Source of the DNA: Bacillota bacterium | GTDB taxonomy: Bacteria > Bacillota > Clostridia > Christensenellales > SZUA-584 | Length of the DNA: 64,000 nucleotides | NCBI GenBank assembly: GCA_023416745.1 | Contig: JAEZHF010000022.1 | Span: 168-64,167 of the forward strand | Reading direction: 5' to 3' | Notes under the pieces: model-generated | Seen by the model: the letters and a program-made list of their open reading frames with translations, nothing else | Databases searched by the model: none | What the model was told of the DNA's origin: nothing | Part shown: piece by piece, positions 36,281 to 46,180 of the stretch | How the letters are laid out: every line of letters starts with the position of its first letter | Numbering within the stretch: the stretch's first letter is position 1 | Translations under genes and position numbers: made by a program

Positions 36281-37057
36281 ATGTTTGCAATTGAACGGAT
36301 GACAATAATAAAAGATTACCTGCTTAAAGACAAACATGTTTCCGTTGCCAGGCTAAGCACGCTCTTAAACGTCACTGAGGTGACGATAAGACGCGACCTT
36401 GAGAAGCTCGAAAAAGAAGGTTTTCTGAAGCGTGCGCACGGCGGCGCTGTGCTCAACGAACTGCTGGACGATTCATATATTCTTGAGCTGCCTGCGGAAG
36501 ATGAGCACACAATGCAGCGCATTGAAATAGCGGACACCGTGTTTCATATCATATCTGACAACGATATCATCATGCTGACCGACGGCCTGACCAACCAGCA
36601 AATCGCCAAACGGCTCACTCAGAAGACCGGCCTGACCGTGCTGACCAATGACTTGAAGATCGCACTGGAATTTTCATCGTCTCCCGCCAACAAGATGATA
36701 CTACTGGGTGGCGATTTGGACGAGTACGCCGTATACGGCCAGCTGGCCATCAATAACATGCAGAATTTTTCGCTGAATCATCTCATCGTTGAAGCGGACG
36801 GCATCTGCAAGAAGACGGGTATCACCGTATCAAGCATCAGCAAAGCGTCCTTGATACAGCAGGCGTGCAGCACAGCTCAAACCATTTCCATCGTTTGTCT
36901 GGCTGATCATTTCGGAGAAAAATCCTTCTATCGTGTCGGCGGGCTCGAAGTTGCCAATAAAATAATCACAAATTCCACGCTCAACGACACATATAAAGAT
37001 TTCCTTTTTGATTTGAATATACAATTATATACTTCAGTCGATATTTACGAAGAATAG
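36281..37057 (+). CDS. DeoR/GlpR-family transcriptional regulator
   Basis: 258 aa. N-terminal wHTH (ERMTIIKDYLLKDKHVSVARLSTLLNVTEVTIRRDLEKLEKEGFLKRAHGGA) and a DeoR C-terminal sugar-phosphate sensor domain. Confidence 0.9.
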   Translation: MFAIERMTIIKDYLLKDKHVSVARLSTLLNVTEVTIRRDLEKLEKEGFLKRAHGGAVLNELLDDSYILELPAEDEHTMQRIEIADTVFHIISDNDIIMLTDGLTNQQIAKRLTQKTGLTVLTNDLKIALEFSSSPANKMILLGGDLDEYAVYGQLAINNMQNFSLNHLIVEADGICKKTGITVSSISKASLIQQACSTAQTISIVCLADHFGEKSFYRVGGLEVANKIITNSTLNDTYKDFLFDLNIQLYTSVDIYEE

Positions 37058-37087
37058 GTCCTATAATAGCGAAGGAGTATTGAAGAG

Positions 37088-38581
37088 ATGGCCTCTAAGC
37101 TTCTCCAGCTTGAGAATGTCAGTTTGTCTCTTGAGAACTTCCGTCTCAGTGACATTAATATCGATCTGTTTGAAAAAGAGATCCATGTGGTAATGGGTGA
37201 AAACGGCGCGGGGAAAAGTCTGTTGATGCAGGTGATCAGCGGCTTTATTTCGCCGCAATCCGGACAGATACTGATCAACGACAAGCCGGTCAAAAGCAAG
37301 GCGTTCTCCTCTGACCTTTATGACGACGTGATTTATATCCGTCAGGACGCAACGATGCTCACGCAGCTCTCCATCGCCGAGAACCTGTTCTTTCATAATC
37401 TGCCGTATAAAAACAAGCTCTTTAAGAGCATCGACTATGACAAGCTTAACTATATGTGCCAGCAGCTTATCGAGGAGCTGAACCTGCCTGTCTCCGTGTT
37501 CGACAAGGTCGCGTCGCTCGGGTTTGCGCAGCGGCAGATCATCGAATTCTGCCGGGCATATATTTCGGACGCCAAGATCGTCATACTGGACGAGCCGTCG
37601 TCCGCCCTCACCCCCAGTGAGCGTGAGCTGCTGTACCGCATCGTCAACAAAATAAAGGAGCGCGGCGCGGGCGTGTTCTACATCACGCACTGTCTGGAAG
37701 ACGTCTCGCTGCTGGGAGACCGTGTCACCATCATCAAGAACGGTAAGATCATGGGAACGAAAATCGTCTCCGAGTGTCCTCAGGAGGAAATTATCCGCAT
37801 GCTCAGCGGACATTATATCAAGAACCGATACCCCAAGATTGTGATTCGCAAGGGCAAGAACATATTCTCTGTTCGCAACCTGAGCTTCGCGAACAAGCTC
37901 TGCGACATAAATCTGGATGTGTACGAGGGCGACATTCTCGGTATCACGGGGCTGGCGGGTTCGGGGCGCACGCTGCTAGCCAACTGCCTGTTCGGTGCCG
38001 TGGATAACTTGCAAGGCGACATATTTGTCAACGGTGGCAAGGTGGTGCTGGACAGCCCTTACAAGGCGATATGCAACGGCATCGCGCTGGTACCCGAGAA
38101 CCGGCTGACCGACTCGATATTCGGCGCGCTGGATGTGAAGAACAACGTCGCGCTGGCCGCGCTGAAGCGTTTCGCCAACTACAGTATGATCAACTCCACC
38201 TTTCTGGAGCAGGCTGTGGCGGATTATGTAACCAAGCTCAATATACCGCAGAGCCCCAACCACAACATACTGGAATACAGCGGCGGCAATCAACAAAAGG
38301 CGATATTCGCCAAATGGATCATGAGCCGCGCCAAGATATTCATACTGGACGAGCCCACCCGCGGCCTTGATATTGCTAGTAAAATCGATATATACAACTC
38401 CATCAATGACCTTATCAAGAAAAAAGCCGGCATCATATTCATATCATCGGACATCGAAGAGATACTCGGCATCTGCGACCGCGTGGCGGTGCTGGCTGAC
38501 CGCAAACTGGTCTGCAACGTACCCACCAAGGACATAACGGTGGAAAAGGTGATGGAGCTCTCCACCAGTAAAGAGGGCTAG
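37088..38581 (+). CDS. sugar-type ABC transporter ATP-binding protein (double NBD) with no adjacent permease or binding protein
   Basis: 497 aa. [40 protein letters not shown]. Second half: GLAGSGRTLL, YSGGNQQKAIFAKW, IFILDEPTRGLDIASK. GAAGGAG RBS 31 nt after the DeoR stop. Confidence 0.9.
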   Translation: MASKLLQLENVSLSLENFRLSDINIDLFEKEIHVVMGENGAGKSLLMQVISGFISPQSGQILINDKPVKSKAFSSDLYDDVIYIRQDATMLTQLSIAENLFFHNLPYKNKLFKSIDYDKLNYMCQQLIEELNLPVSVFDKVASLGFAQRQIIEFCRAYISDAKIVILDEPSSALTPSERELLYRIVNKIKERGAGVFYITHCLEDVSLLGDRVTIIKNGKIMGTKIVSECPQEEIIRMLSGHYIKNRYPKIVIRKGKNIFSVRNLSFANKLCDINLDVYEGDILGITGLAGSGRTLLANCLFGAVDNLQGDIFVNGGKVVLDSPYKAICNGIALVPENRLTDSIFGALDVKNNVALAALKRFANYSMINSTFLEQAVADYVTKLNIPQSPNHNILEYSGGNQQKAIFAKWIMSRAKIFILDEPTRGLDIASKIDIYNSINDLIKKKAGIIFISSDIEEILGICDRVAVLADRKLVCNVPTKDITVEKVMELSTSKEG

Positions 38582-38615
38582 CTCTGCCTTTCGTATCTTT
38601 TCATCACGTTTTGCA

Positions 38616-39881
38616 TTACCCTCCAACCAAAAAGGGGAAATAGGGAGCCCGCTGAATTCGCAGTTCAGCCAGCGCTTCGGACATTGTCACCACCGGTATT
38701 CCCGCATCGCGGATCACCCGCATGTGCTCACAGAACACCTCGGGAGACGTATCGTATCTTTTTGGATCATCCGTCACCTTATGATACAGCAGTATCAGCC
38801 ATAGCCTCTCCTTTTTGGCTTTCTCCACCCATTGCGCAATTTGTTCCGGTGTCGTGGTGTCCAGCACACTCTGGCACTTTAGGCGGCTGACATCAAAATT
38901 ATCTTGGCTGTTGAACCCCCGGTCCACCGTCCGGTGGGCAGCATAATGCTCCATGATGCTGTTTCTGACCTGGGGGTTGTACGCTCCATAAGGCGTAGCG
39001 AAGTAACGACTTGGCATGCCCAGATACTCTTCCAGAAATGCTTGCGAACCGGCTAACTCGGCTGTGACCTCATCGCCGGCCAGCTCAGTCAGACGGGCAT
39101 GGGTGACGGAATGAGAACCAATCTCATGCCCCTCGGATTTGAAAAGCTTCAATATGTCTCTGGCGTTCGGCACCCGCGGGTTTTCAATAAATGTCGTCGC
39201 GTAGAACTGATTTGATCTGAATCTGAACTCCTTCATAATGGGGAGCGCCGTTGTCACGTTCTCTTCCCATCCGTCGTCAAATGTGATCGTCACTAAACCG
39301 CGGTGAAAGCCGGTGTAACGGTACGGTCTTATGCTATAGTTGTCTGTGATCAGATACCCTTCCCGGGATAACAGATGATAGACGCTTAGCTCTTGACCAT
39401 GTCCGGGCATTGCGAAGCACGCTTCATATGTATTCCAGTCTTCACTGCGCGGCGCGTCCGGCAGATCAATATACTTGATCTCCCCCGAATCCGTGTGAAT
39501 GGCAGCCACGACTCTTGTATCCACATCAGAGCAGTAATTGTTGCTGAAGATATAATCGCCCGGGGCCAGCTCAACAGGGTCAAAATACCATTTCGCGTCC
39601 CCGTCCTCATAGCTTGTCACTTCAGCCCTGACGCTTCTACCGCCCGTATATCCTGTATCCAGATAAGAAAAAACGGCCTCGTTGTTTCCCCATGAGTTAT
39701 TTGACCACTGCATGGGTTTTTCCGCATCAGCCGTATCGGAGAGTTCCAAAGAAGGGTTTTCAATGATGTCCGAACCCAGCGGACTGAACGCGGGTGAACT
39801 ATAATCAGCCGCGCCCATTACGAGGATGATCAAAACTGATTCAATAATCAAAATGGCCGCCTGTGTTTTCCGCTTCTTCAT
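38616..39881 (-). CDS. polysaccharide deacetylase (CE4) with N-terminal anchor and carbohydrate-binding-like jelly-roll domain
   Basis: Start at ATG 39881 (MKKRKTQAAILIIESVLIILVMG). NodB motifs: VTITFDDGWEEN and EIGSHSVTHARL. Confidence 0.85.
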   Translation of the reverse strand: MKKRKTQAAILIIESVLIILVMGAADYSSPAFSPLGSDIIENPSLELSDTADAEKPMQWSNNSWGNNEAVFSYLDTGYTGGRSVRAEVTSYEDGDAKWYFDPVELAPGDYIFSNNYCSDVDTRVVAAIHTDSGEIKYIDLPDAPRSEDWNTYEACFAMPGHGQELSVYHLLSREGYLITDNYSIRPYRYTGFHRGLVTITFDDGWEENVTTALPIMKEFRFRSNQFYATTFIENPRVPNARDILKLFKSEGHEIGSHSVTHARLTELAGDEVTAELAGSQAFLEEYLGMPSRYFATPYGAYNPQVRNSIMEHYAAHRTVDRGFNSQDNFDVSRLKCQSVLDTTTPEQIAQWVEKAKKERLWLILLYHKVTDDPKRYDTSPEVFCEHMRVIRDAGIPVVTMSEALAELRIQRAPYFPFLVGG

Positions 39882-40049
39882 AAGGATGTACCTCTCCCTA
39901 TGATGGCAATTTATGTATGCCGTTGATCCATATGCCTGTCTACAATTATATGAAACTTTGGCGGCAGAATCCACAAAGCAAAATGCCTTATATTGTCTCA
40001 TGGTAGCTTTTTTATGAATATATTGCTGAGTAAGATGGTATCAGACCAG

Positions 40050-40892
40050 CTACTTATCCTTCAGCAGCCGCTCCATCTTGTCCGCAGTATCCGTTCCCGG
40101 CAGGGGCACATGTACAAACAGCTTCAAGCCCAGGTGTCCGGGCACGTCGAAGCTGCTGCTCTCAAAATTCAAGCTCCCGGCAACAGGGTGATTCATCGTT
40201 TTGTATACGCTGCTGTCGTCCTGTATCTCGTGCAGCGGCCACCACCGGCCAAACTCGGGGCTTTCGCTTTTAAGTTCCTCAATGAACAGGTTCAGCCACG
40301 GGTCTTCGATGTATTTGCCGCATGTTGACCGGAACCGCCCCAGCAGGCTCTTGGCGTTCTTCTCCCAGTCCGCGTACAGCTCTTTGAAATAGCCGTCGGT
40401 GAACATTGCCCACACCACGTTGCGCTGGCGGGCGTTCATCCGGTGAAAATTGCCGAGCACGACGCACGCTGCGCTATTCCACGCGACGACGTTCCACCGC
40501 TGGTCAGCGATGAAGGACGGGCACAGCGCCAGGCAGTCCAGCACGTGCTGATATATGGGGCTGACCGTGCCCGGATAATCCGAAATGTCAGCGGGAGCCG
40601 GCTGGTTTGCCAGCATGTACAGATGGCTACGCTCCTGCCTGTCCAGCAGCAGCACGCGCGCCAGACTCTCAATCACCTGCTCCGAGACGCGTATCGGCCT
40701 GCCCTGCTCCAGCCATGTATACCACGTCAGCCCGATGCCGGCCAGCTGAGCGACCTCCTCCCGGCGCAGCCCGGATGTACGACGGCGTGTTCCGGATGGC
40801 AGCCCCACCTGCGAGGGTAGTATGCGCGATTTATACCAGTATAAACGGGCTCCTGTTAAAATTATAAATCCTGCGTTACGATGATTCCACAA
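40050..40892 (-). CDS. MmyB-like XRE-family transcriptional regulator
   Basis: 280 aa. GLRREEVAQLAGIGLTWYTWLEQGR HTH followed by an MmyB-type ligand-binding-like C-terminal domain. Confidence 0.8.
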   Translation of the reverse strand: MWNHRNAGFIILTGARLYWYKSRILPSQVGLPSGTRRRTSGLRREEVAQLAGIGLTWYTWLEQGRPIRVSEQVIESLARVLLLDRQERSHLYMLANQPAPADISDYPGTVSPIYQHVLDCLALCPSFIADQRWNVVAWNSAACVVLGNFHRMNARQRNVVWAMFTDGYFKELYADWEKNAKSLLGRFRSTCGKYIEDPWLNLFIEELKSESPEFGRWWPLHEIQDDSSVYKTMNHPVAGSLNFESSSFDVPGHLGLKLFVHVPLPGTDTADKMERLLKDK

Positions 40893-40927
40893 TAAAGTTA
40901 AAAAATTTTACAGGAGGTTTAATCAAA

Positions 40928-41296
40928 ATGAAGTATCTGTGGACAACGGTTTATGTGAACGACATGGACGCGTCAGTCGCCTTCTACACCGAAGTGGCAG
41001 GGCTCAAGGTTCAGAGCCGCTTCCCTGCCGGCCCCGGCGTTGAGATCGCGTTTCTTGGCAACGGCGCGGACAACGAGACACTGGTGGAGTTGATGACGGA
41101 TGCCCGCCATGGCGCTCCTGGTTACGGCCATTCCATATCCGTCGGGTTCGCGGTGGATTCCGCAGCGGCCATGATGGACAGCGTCACGAGCAAAGGCATC
41201 CCCGTATACAGCGGCCCGTTCGAGACGCCTGCGTACAAGTTCTTTGGCGTACAGGACCCCAGTGGCCTGCACGTTCAGTTCTTCGAGAAGAAGTAG
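40928..41296 (+). CDS. VOC-family (glyoxalase/bleomycin-resistance fold) protein
   Basis: 122 aa. MKYLWTTVYVNDMDASVAFYTEVAGLKV opening. Divergent from the MmyB-like regulator. Confidence 0.85.
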   Translation: MKYLWTTVYVNDMDASVAFYTEVAGLKVQSRFPAGPGVEIAFLGNGADNETLVELMTDARHGAPGYGHSISVGFAVDSAAAMMDSVTSKGIPVYSGPFETPAYKFFGVQDPSGLHVQFFEKK

Positions 41297-41332
41297 CGCG
41301 CCACTGCATCCATCATATGTAGAAACATCGAC

Positions 41333-41356
41333 AAAGGCCGGATAATTCCGGCCTTT
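41333..41356. terminator. hairpin after the VOC gene
   Basis: AAAGGCCGGA-taat-TCCGGCCTTT, a 10-bp perfect stem whose arms contain A/T runs. Confidence 0.5.
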
Positions 41357-41373
41357 AATCATAATCAAAATAA

Positions 41374-41429
41374 GGGGTTCTTAAGGGATTAAATCCATTA
41401 AGCGGAGGTATGGAGGCAGAGCCTCCTTG
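41374..41429 (-). repeat. structured intergenic element, copy A, 34 nt after the MFS transporter stop
   Basis: Minus strand reads GGGCTAAGACC-AA-[GGAGGC tct GCCTCC]-ATACCTCCGC-[CTTAATGG atttaat CCCTTAAG]-AACCCC, then TTATTTTGATT. Confidence 0.65.
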
Positions 41430-41462
41430 GTCTTAGCCCTAAATAGATCTTTTTGGTCCGTT

Positions 41463-42689
41463 TCATTGCCCCGCGCTCACACCCTGCTCCGGCGCTTCCG
41501 GCGGTTGTACGGCAGAATGATCTCCGGATAACCGAAAGCCTTTCGCAAACCCGAGCACAGCCTGCAGCAGCACGATCAGCGCCAGCGGCGCAAGACAGAA
41601 GCCAAGAGCGGCCTTCAAGCCGCTGGCATCCGCGACAGCGCCCATCACCAACGGCAGCACAATGCCGCCCACAGCCCCCACCGACAGCAGTATGCCAAAC
41701 ACCGTGGCGGTATATTTGGGATAACGCATCTTGCCCACAGCCAGCATCGTCGGGTACATTCCCGAGCAGCCAAGGCCCATCACACCGAATGCAATGATGG
41801 ACAGCGTCAGATCGCCCGTCGCCATGCAGATGGCGAGCCCTGCTGCCGCCAACAGCGCGAGTGCACCGATCACGACATGGAGCCTCGCTTTAAACCGCGC
41901 TGTGAATATCCGCCCGACGGCCACGAACAGCCAGAACACCGATAGCGTCAACGTGGAAAACAGCAAACCGCTGCTTATCTGACGTATATATTCGGATACG
42001 TAGAATGTCAGACCCGCTTCCACCGCCATATACATCATCACGGATAGCCCCAGCAGCCAAAGTGCCTTGTTTTTCAACAGACGCAGCGTTGTGGACGGTT
42101 CTCCCTTTTCTTTAACGATCAGGTTCGGATACATGGGGTTGGGATAGCTCAGCAGCATGAAAATACCGAACAGTACCCCGAACACTACAAGGTCGCAGAG
42201 CATGACATATATCCAGTCGCCGGTGATAGCCAGAATCCCCATCGCAGCGAAAGGCCCCACTATCGTACCCAGCGCAAAGAACAGACGAGAATAATTCAGT
42301 ATTTTGTTGGCACCCTCGGGACGGATGTCCGTCAGCACCGAGGACAGCGTCATTTCAAACACGCCGAACGCGAGTCCGACAACAAAGAAGCCAATACCAA
42401 TGCCGGTGGGGCTGTCCAGACCCATCGCCAGCGCAAAGCCGATGAGCATTCCTGCGAACGCAAATAGAAGTACGCTTCGGCGTCCGTACCGGTCCGTCGC
42501 CTCGCCGGTGAGTATGGGGCTGATCAAAAACCCGGCGAACGTCATCATGATGATCGTGCCCATCGCCGTATTGTCCAGCCCATACTTGGCCGCGATCTCG
42601 CCGACCACCCGCTGCAGCATTGACATGTAGAGCCCAAGAAAAAGGAACACAATGAAGAAGAATGCAATGACACCGCGCCTTTTCGTCAT
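41463..42689 (-). CDS. MFS transporter
   Basis: About 408 aa with 12 predicted TM helices and a GEATDRYGRR loop 2-3 motif. Start set to ATG 42689, 8 nt after AGGAGG. Confidence 0.9.
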   Translation of the reverse strand: MTKRRGVIAFFFIVFLFLGLYMSMLQRVVGEIAAKYGLDNTAMGTIIMMTFAGFLISPILTGEATDRYGRRSVLLFAFAGMLIGFALAMGLDSPTGIGIGFFVVGLAFGVFEMTLSSVLTDIRPEGANKILNYSRLFFALGTIVGPFAAMGILAITGDWIYVMLCDLVVFGVLFGIFMLLSYPNPMYPNLIVKEKGEPSTTLRLLKNKALWLLGLSVMMYMAVEAGLTFYVSEYIRQISSGLLFSTLTLSVFWLFVAVGRIFTARFKARLHVVIGALALLAAAGLAICMATGDLTLSIIAFGVMGLGCSGMYPTMLAVGKMRYPKYTATVFGILLSVGAVGGIVLPLVMGAVADASGLKAALGFCLAPLALIVLLQAVLGFAKGFRLSGDHSAVQPPEAPEQGVSAGQ

Positions 42690-42730
42690 GATCATGGCCT
42701 CCTGTTTTGCCCCGCCCGCCGGATTGCCGG

Positions 42731-44050
42731 CTAAACGCTAAGAATGTACTCGTTGAGTATCGTCTCCAGAAGTTCCTGTCTGCCCGACGTATTCCTAACA
42801 TCATCGATGCCCAGTGCATACTGCTCCAGCTCCTTAAAGCCCACCTTGCCGTCCACGATATCCTTGCCGATGCCGCTGCCGTAGCTGGCATACCGCTCAT
42901 CCACAAAGCCGTCCAGTATGCCGTCGTCGATGATCCTTTGCGCCGCCTTGAGACCCACCGCAAAAGCGTCCATGCCAGCCGCATGCGCGTAGCACATATC
43001 CTCCGGCTTGAAGCTGCCGCGCCGCGGCTTGGAGTCAAAGTTCAGACCGCCCGTTGTGAAGCCGCCCATCTTCAGAATCTCGTACATGCCGAGCGTGGTG
43101 TCGTAGTAGCTGGTCGGGAACTGGTCGGTGTCCCAGCCCAGCAGCAGATCGCCCATGTTCGCGTCCACGGAGCCCAGCAGGCCGTTGATGCGCGCCACGC
43201 GCAGATCATGCTGAAACGTGTGTCCCGCCAGCGTCGCATGATTGGCTTCGATGTTGAACTTGAACACATCGTCGAGCCCGTACGTCCTCAGGAACGCAAT
43301 GCCTGAAGCCACGTCGAAGTCGTACTGGTGCTTGGTGGGTTCCTTGGGCTTGGGCTCGATATAGAACTGGCCGGTAAAGCCGATCTCCTTCGCGTAATCC
43401 TTCGCCATGTGCATGAAGCGCGCCATGTTGTCCATTTCCAGCTTCATGTTGGTGTTGAGCAGCGTCTCGTACCCTTCGCGGCCGCCCCAGAACGTGTAAC
43501 CGCTCGCGCCCAGCTCAAGCGATACCTCCAGCGCCTTCTTGACCTGCGCTGCCGCATAAGCGAACGCGTCGGCATTGGGGCTGGTAGCCGCGCCGTGCAT
43601 GTAGCGCGGGTTGCTGAACAGCGCCGCGGTGCCCCACAGCATTTTAATACCCGTCTCATCGATCTTATCCTTGAACAGCTTCACCATCTTGTCAATGTTC
43701 CTGTTGGTCTCTGCCAGCGTATCCCCCTCGGGCGCGATGTCACGGTCGTGGAAGCAGAAGAATCCAATGCCCATCTTCTGCATCAGCTCGAACGCGGCAT
43801 GCACGCGCTCCTCCGCCTTCTTCATGGGATTGGATGTGTTATTCCACGGGCGCTCCATCGTGCCGGGTCCGAACGGGTCCGCGCCCGCGCCCGTCATCGT
43901 GTGCCAGTACGCCATGGAGAACCGCAGATGCTCCTTCATTGTTTTGCCGCCCACCAGCTCATCGGCGTTATAACGCCTGAAGCAGGGCTGCATGGAAAAC
44001 TTATCTTCGGAGAACTCAAGCTTCTTTATTTCCGGGAAAAACTCTTTCAT
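42731..44050 (-). CDS. xylA: xylose isomerase
   Basis: 439 aa. [71 protein letters not shown]; classic XylA text. Confidence 0.95.
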   Translation of the reverse strand: MKEFFPEIKKLEFSEDKFSMQPCFRRYNADELVGGKTMKEHLRFSMAYWHTMTGAGADPFGPGTMERPWNNTSNPMKKAEERVHAAFELMQKMGIGFFCFHDRDIAPEGDTLAETNRNIDKMVKLFKDKIDETGIKMLWGTAALFSNPRYMHGAATSPNADAFAYAAAQVKKALEVSLELGASGYTFWGGREGYETLLNTNMKLEMDNMARFMHMAKDYAKEIGFTGQFYIEPKPKEPTKHQYDFDVASGIAFLRTYGLDDVFKFNIEANHATLAGHTFQHDLRVARINGLLGSVDANMGDLLLGWDTDQFPTSYYDTTLGMYEILKMGGFTTGGLNFDSKPRRGSFKPEDMCYAHAAGMDAFAVGLKAAQRIIDDGILDGFVDERYASYGSGIGKDIVDGKVGFKELEQYALGIDDVRNTSGRQELLETILNEYILSV

Positions 44051-44128
44051 TTCTTAACCTCTTTCTTTTCAGACTGCAAACGAGCCCCGTTCATATGCCG
44101 GGGCCCATCTGCATCGTATTGTTTTACG

Positions 44129-44974
44129 TTATAGCCCGCAGGACTTCAGATAGGCGACGCTCTTTCTCAGCATATCCGCGGTGCCGCCGATCTCCAGTGT
44201 GGAAGCATGGATTTCTTTCCTGTCCGCCAGCACTTCCGCAACACCTTTGATATCGATGACGCCGTCGCCCAGCGCAATGGTGGAGAAACCGCAGCCAAAC
44301 TGTTTGCCGCGCCTTTCGATCCATTCAGCGCCCAGGTCCTTCCAATGCACGTGGAATATCTTGTCTTTAAACGTCCGTGCCATTTCAACCGGGTCGGTGC
44401 CGCCCAGCCAGGAGTTGCCGGTGTCCATATTGACGCCCAGCGATTTGGGATTACCAAGGCAGTCCATGATGTCCTGTATGCCCTGGATCGTATCGGTGAT
44501 GGGCCCGTGAGGCTCCAGCAGTATGTTCACGCCGAAATCCTCCGCCATCTGGCAGGGAACCACCAGCTTTTCCGCGATGGTGAATATACGCTGCTCGTAA
44601 GTCAGGCTTTTCGCCCACTGGGAGTGCGGCTCGTTTTCTGTGGTCACACAATCCCTGATCCCGATCGCAGCGGCGAACTTGATGCCTTTCATGATGCCCG
44701 CGGTCTGGAAAGCAGCCGGGTTGCTGGGTTCCAGCAGCGCGCCGTGCACGCAAACGGTGGAAGGCGTGATACCGTATTTTTCGAACAGTCTCTTTGTCGC
44801 AAACGGGTCTCCGTCAAGGCTGACTGTGGCTGCAAGGCCGGCGGAATCAAACATGCTGCTGCCTTCATGCACATCAGTGATATCTGCACAAGTAAACCCC
44901 GCTTCTTTGGCCAGCTGCAGCTGTCTCTCGATGGACGTATAGGGTTCTAAGGCTAAGAATACTCCGATATTCAT
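44129..44974 (-). CDS. xylose-isomerase-like TIM-barrel protein (sugar phosphate isomerase/epimerase family)
   Basis: Start at ATG 44974 (MNIGVFLALEPY) after GGAGGA. LLEPHG, VNMDTGNSW and FHVHWKD fit the E-D-H-(E) metal-ligand spacing of the family. Confidence 0.85.
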   Translation of the reverse strand: MNIGVFLALEPYTSIERQLQLAKEAGFTCADITDVHEGSSMFDSAGLAATVSLDGDPFATKRLFEKYGITPSTVCVHGALLEPSNPAAFQTAGIMKGIKFAAAIGIRDCVTTENEPHSQWAKSLTYEQRIFTIAEKLVVPCQMAEDFGVNILLEPHGPITDTIQGIQDIMDCLGNPKSLGVNMDTGNSWLGGTDPVEMARTFKDKIFHVHWKDLGAEWIERRGKQFGCGFSTIALGDGVIDIKGVAEVLADRKEIHASTLEIGGTADMLRKSVAYLKSCGL

Positions 44975-45156
44975 TTTGAATCCTCCTCTATTTTTAGATA
45001 AATACAATGCAATCCGCAATGCATACAATGGTTCCTGCAGTCAGACTCTTTGAGGGGCTGCAACTGACTCACCTCATCGCTTTGCGCCTCAGCCTGCACT
45101 GCCTTTGTCTGCTCCTCGTTCTCTGTGCCAATGCGTTCCGTATCCTGCCGGTCCAT
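44971..45156 (-). CDS. possible small acidic protein with a C-terminal CxxHCxHCxxHC motif (61 aa)
   Basis: Track ORF that fills the 190-nt gap between two TIM-barrel genes. It ends in an ATGA overlap with the downstream gene. No recognisable RBS; the start lies 10 nt after the upstream stop. Confidence 0.2.
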   Translation of the reverse strand: MDRQDTERIGTENEEQTKAVQAEAQSDEVSQLQPLKESDCRNHCMHCGLHCIYLKIEEDSK

Positions 45157-45166
45157 GCGTGCCAGT

Positions 45167-46156
45167 CTAGTCGGCCTTCAGCGCATCGTCGAACGCACCC
45201 ACGTTGGGGCTGATGTTGACGTTTTTGACAAAAGCGCAAGCCTCAGCGCCGCCTCTGAACCGTTCCATGCCCGAATCCTCCCACTCGACTGACAGCGGCC
45301 CTTCGTAGCCGATGGCGTTGAGCTCGCGGACGATGGCTTCAAAGTCCACCTGACCCCGGCCGGGTGAACGGAAGTTCCAACCCCGCCGCGTGTCGCCGAA
45401 CTCGATGTGCGAACCGAGTATGCCATTGAGGCCGTCCAGCGTCACCGAAGCGTCCTTCATGTGCACGTGATACACCCGGTCAGGCAGCTCGCGGATCATC
45501 AGGTGCGGCTTCATGCCCTGCCACAGCAGATGGCTGGGGTCAAAGTTCATGCCCAGCGTATCGCGGTAGTTAAACGCCTTAAGCAGCCGGACGAATGAGT
45601 AGTAGTCGAAGGCGATTTCAGTGGGGTGCACCTCCAGCGCGAACTTGATCCCGACCTTGTCCATTTCGTCAAATATCGGCGTCCAAGCCTCCACGATCTT
45701 GGCGAAGCCTTCATCCACTATCGCCTGCGTGGTTTGCGGGAACGAATACCACATATTCCAGATGGGCGAGCCCATGAAACCGGTGATCACCTTGATGCCA
45801 AGATTGTTCGCCGCTTTCACGATGTCCAGCGTGTAATCCACCGCCCACTTGCGCGCTTCCTCCGGCTTGCCCGCATACTTGCTGGGTGCAAAGCCGTAGT
45901 GCCGCACGTCGTACACGTCGCCCACCAGCTGGCCGCACAGGTGCGCGCTGATCGCCCAGCAAGAAAGTCCGCTGTCTGCGAGGTCCTTCTTTAAGCTGTC
46001 CACATACGCCATGTCCGTCGCGGCGCGGGTCGCGTCCACATGGTTCCCCCAGGTGGCCAGCTCCAGGCCTTCATAGCCCATCTCCGCGGCCTTCACGCAC
46101 ATCTCTTTGAACGGAATGTCCGCCCATTGTCCGGTAAACAGTGTAACAGGTCTCAT
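45167..46156 (-). CDS. xylose-isomerase-like TIM-barrel protein, long form (329 aa)
   Basis: LFTGQWADIPFKEMCVKAAEMGYEGLELATWGNH, FALEVHPTEIAFD, NFDPSHLLWQG, VYHVHMKD, LSVEWED. AGGAGG RBS. Lies 24 nt after the Gfo/Idh/MocA gene. Confidence 0.85.
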   Translation of the reverse strand: MRPVTLFTGQWADIPFKEMCVKAAEMGYEGLELATWGNHVDATRAATDMAYVDSLKKDLADSGLSCWAISAHLCGQLVGDVYDVRHYGFAPSKYAGKPEEARKWAVDYTLDIVKAANNLGIKVITGFMGSPIWNMWYSFPQTTQAIVDEGFAKIVEAWTPIFDEMDKVGIKFALEVHPTEIAFDYYSFVRLLKAFNYRDTLGMNFDPSHLLWQGMKPHLMIRELPDRVYHVHMKDASVTLDGLNGILGSHIEFGDTRRGWNFRSPGRGQVDFEAIVRELNAIGYEGPLSVEWEDSGMERFRGGAEACAFVKNVNISPNVGAFDDALKAD

Positions 46157-46180
46157 ATATTGAATCCTCCTTGTATTAAG

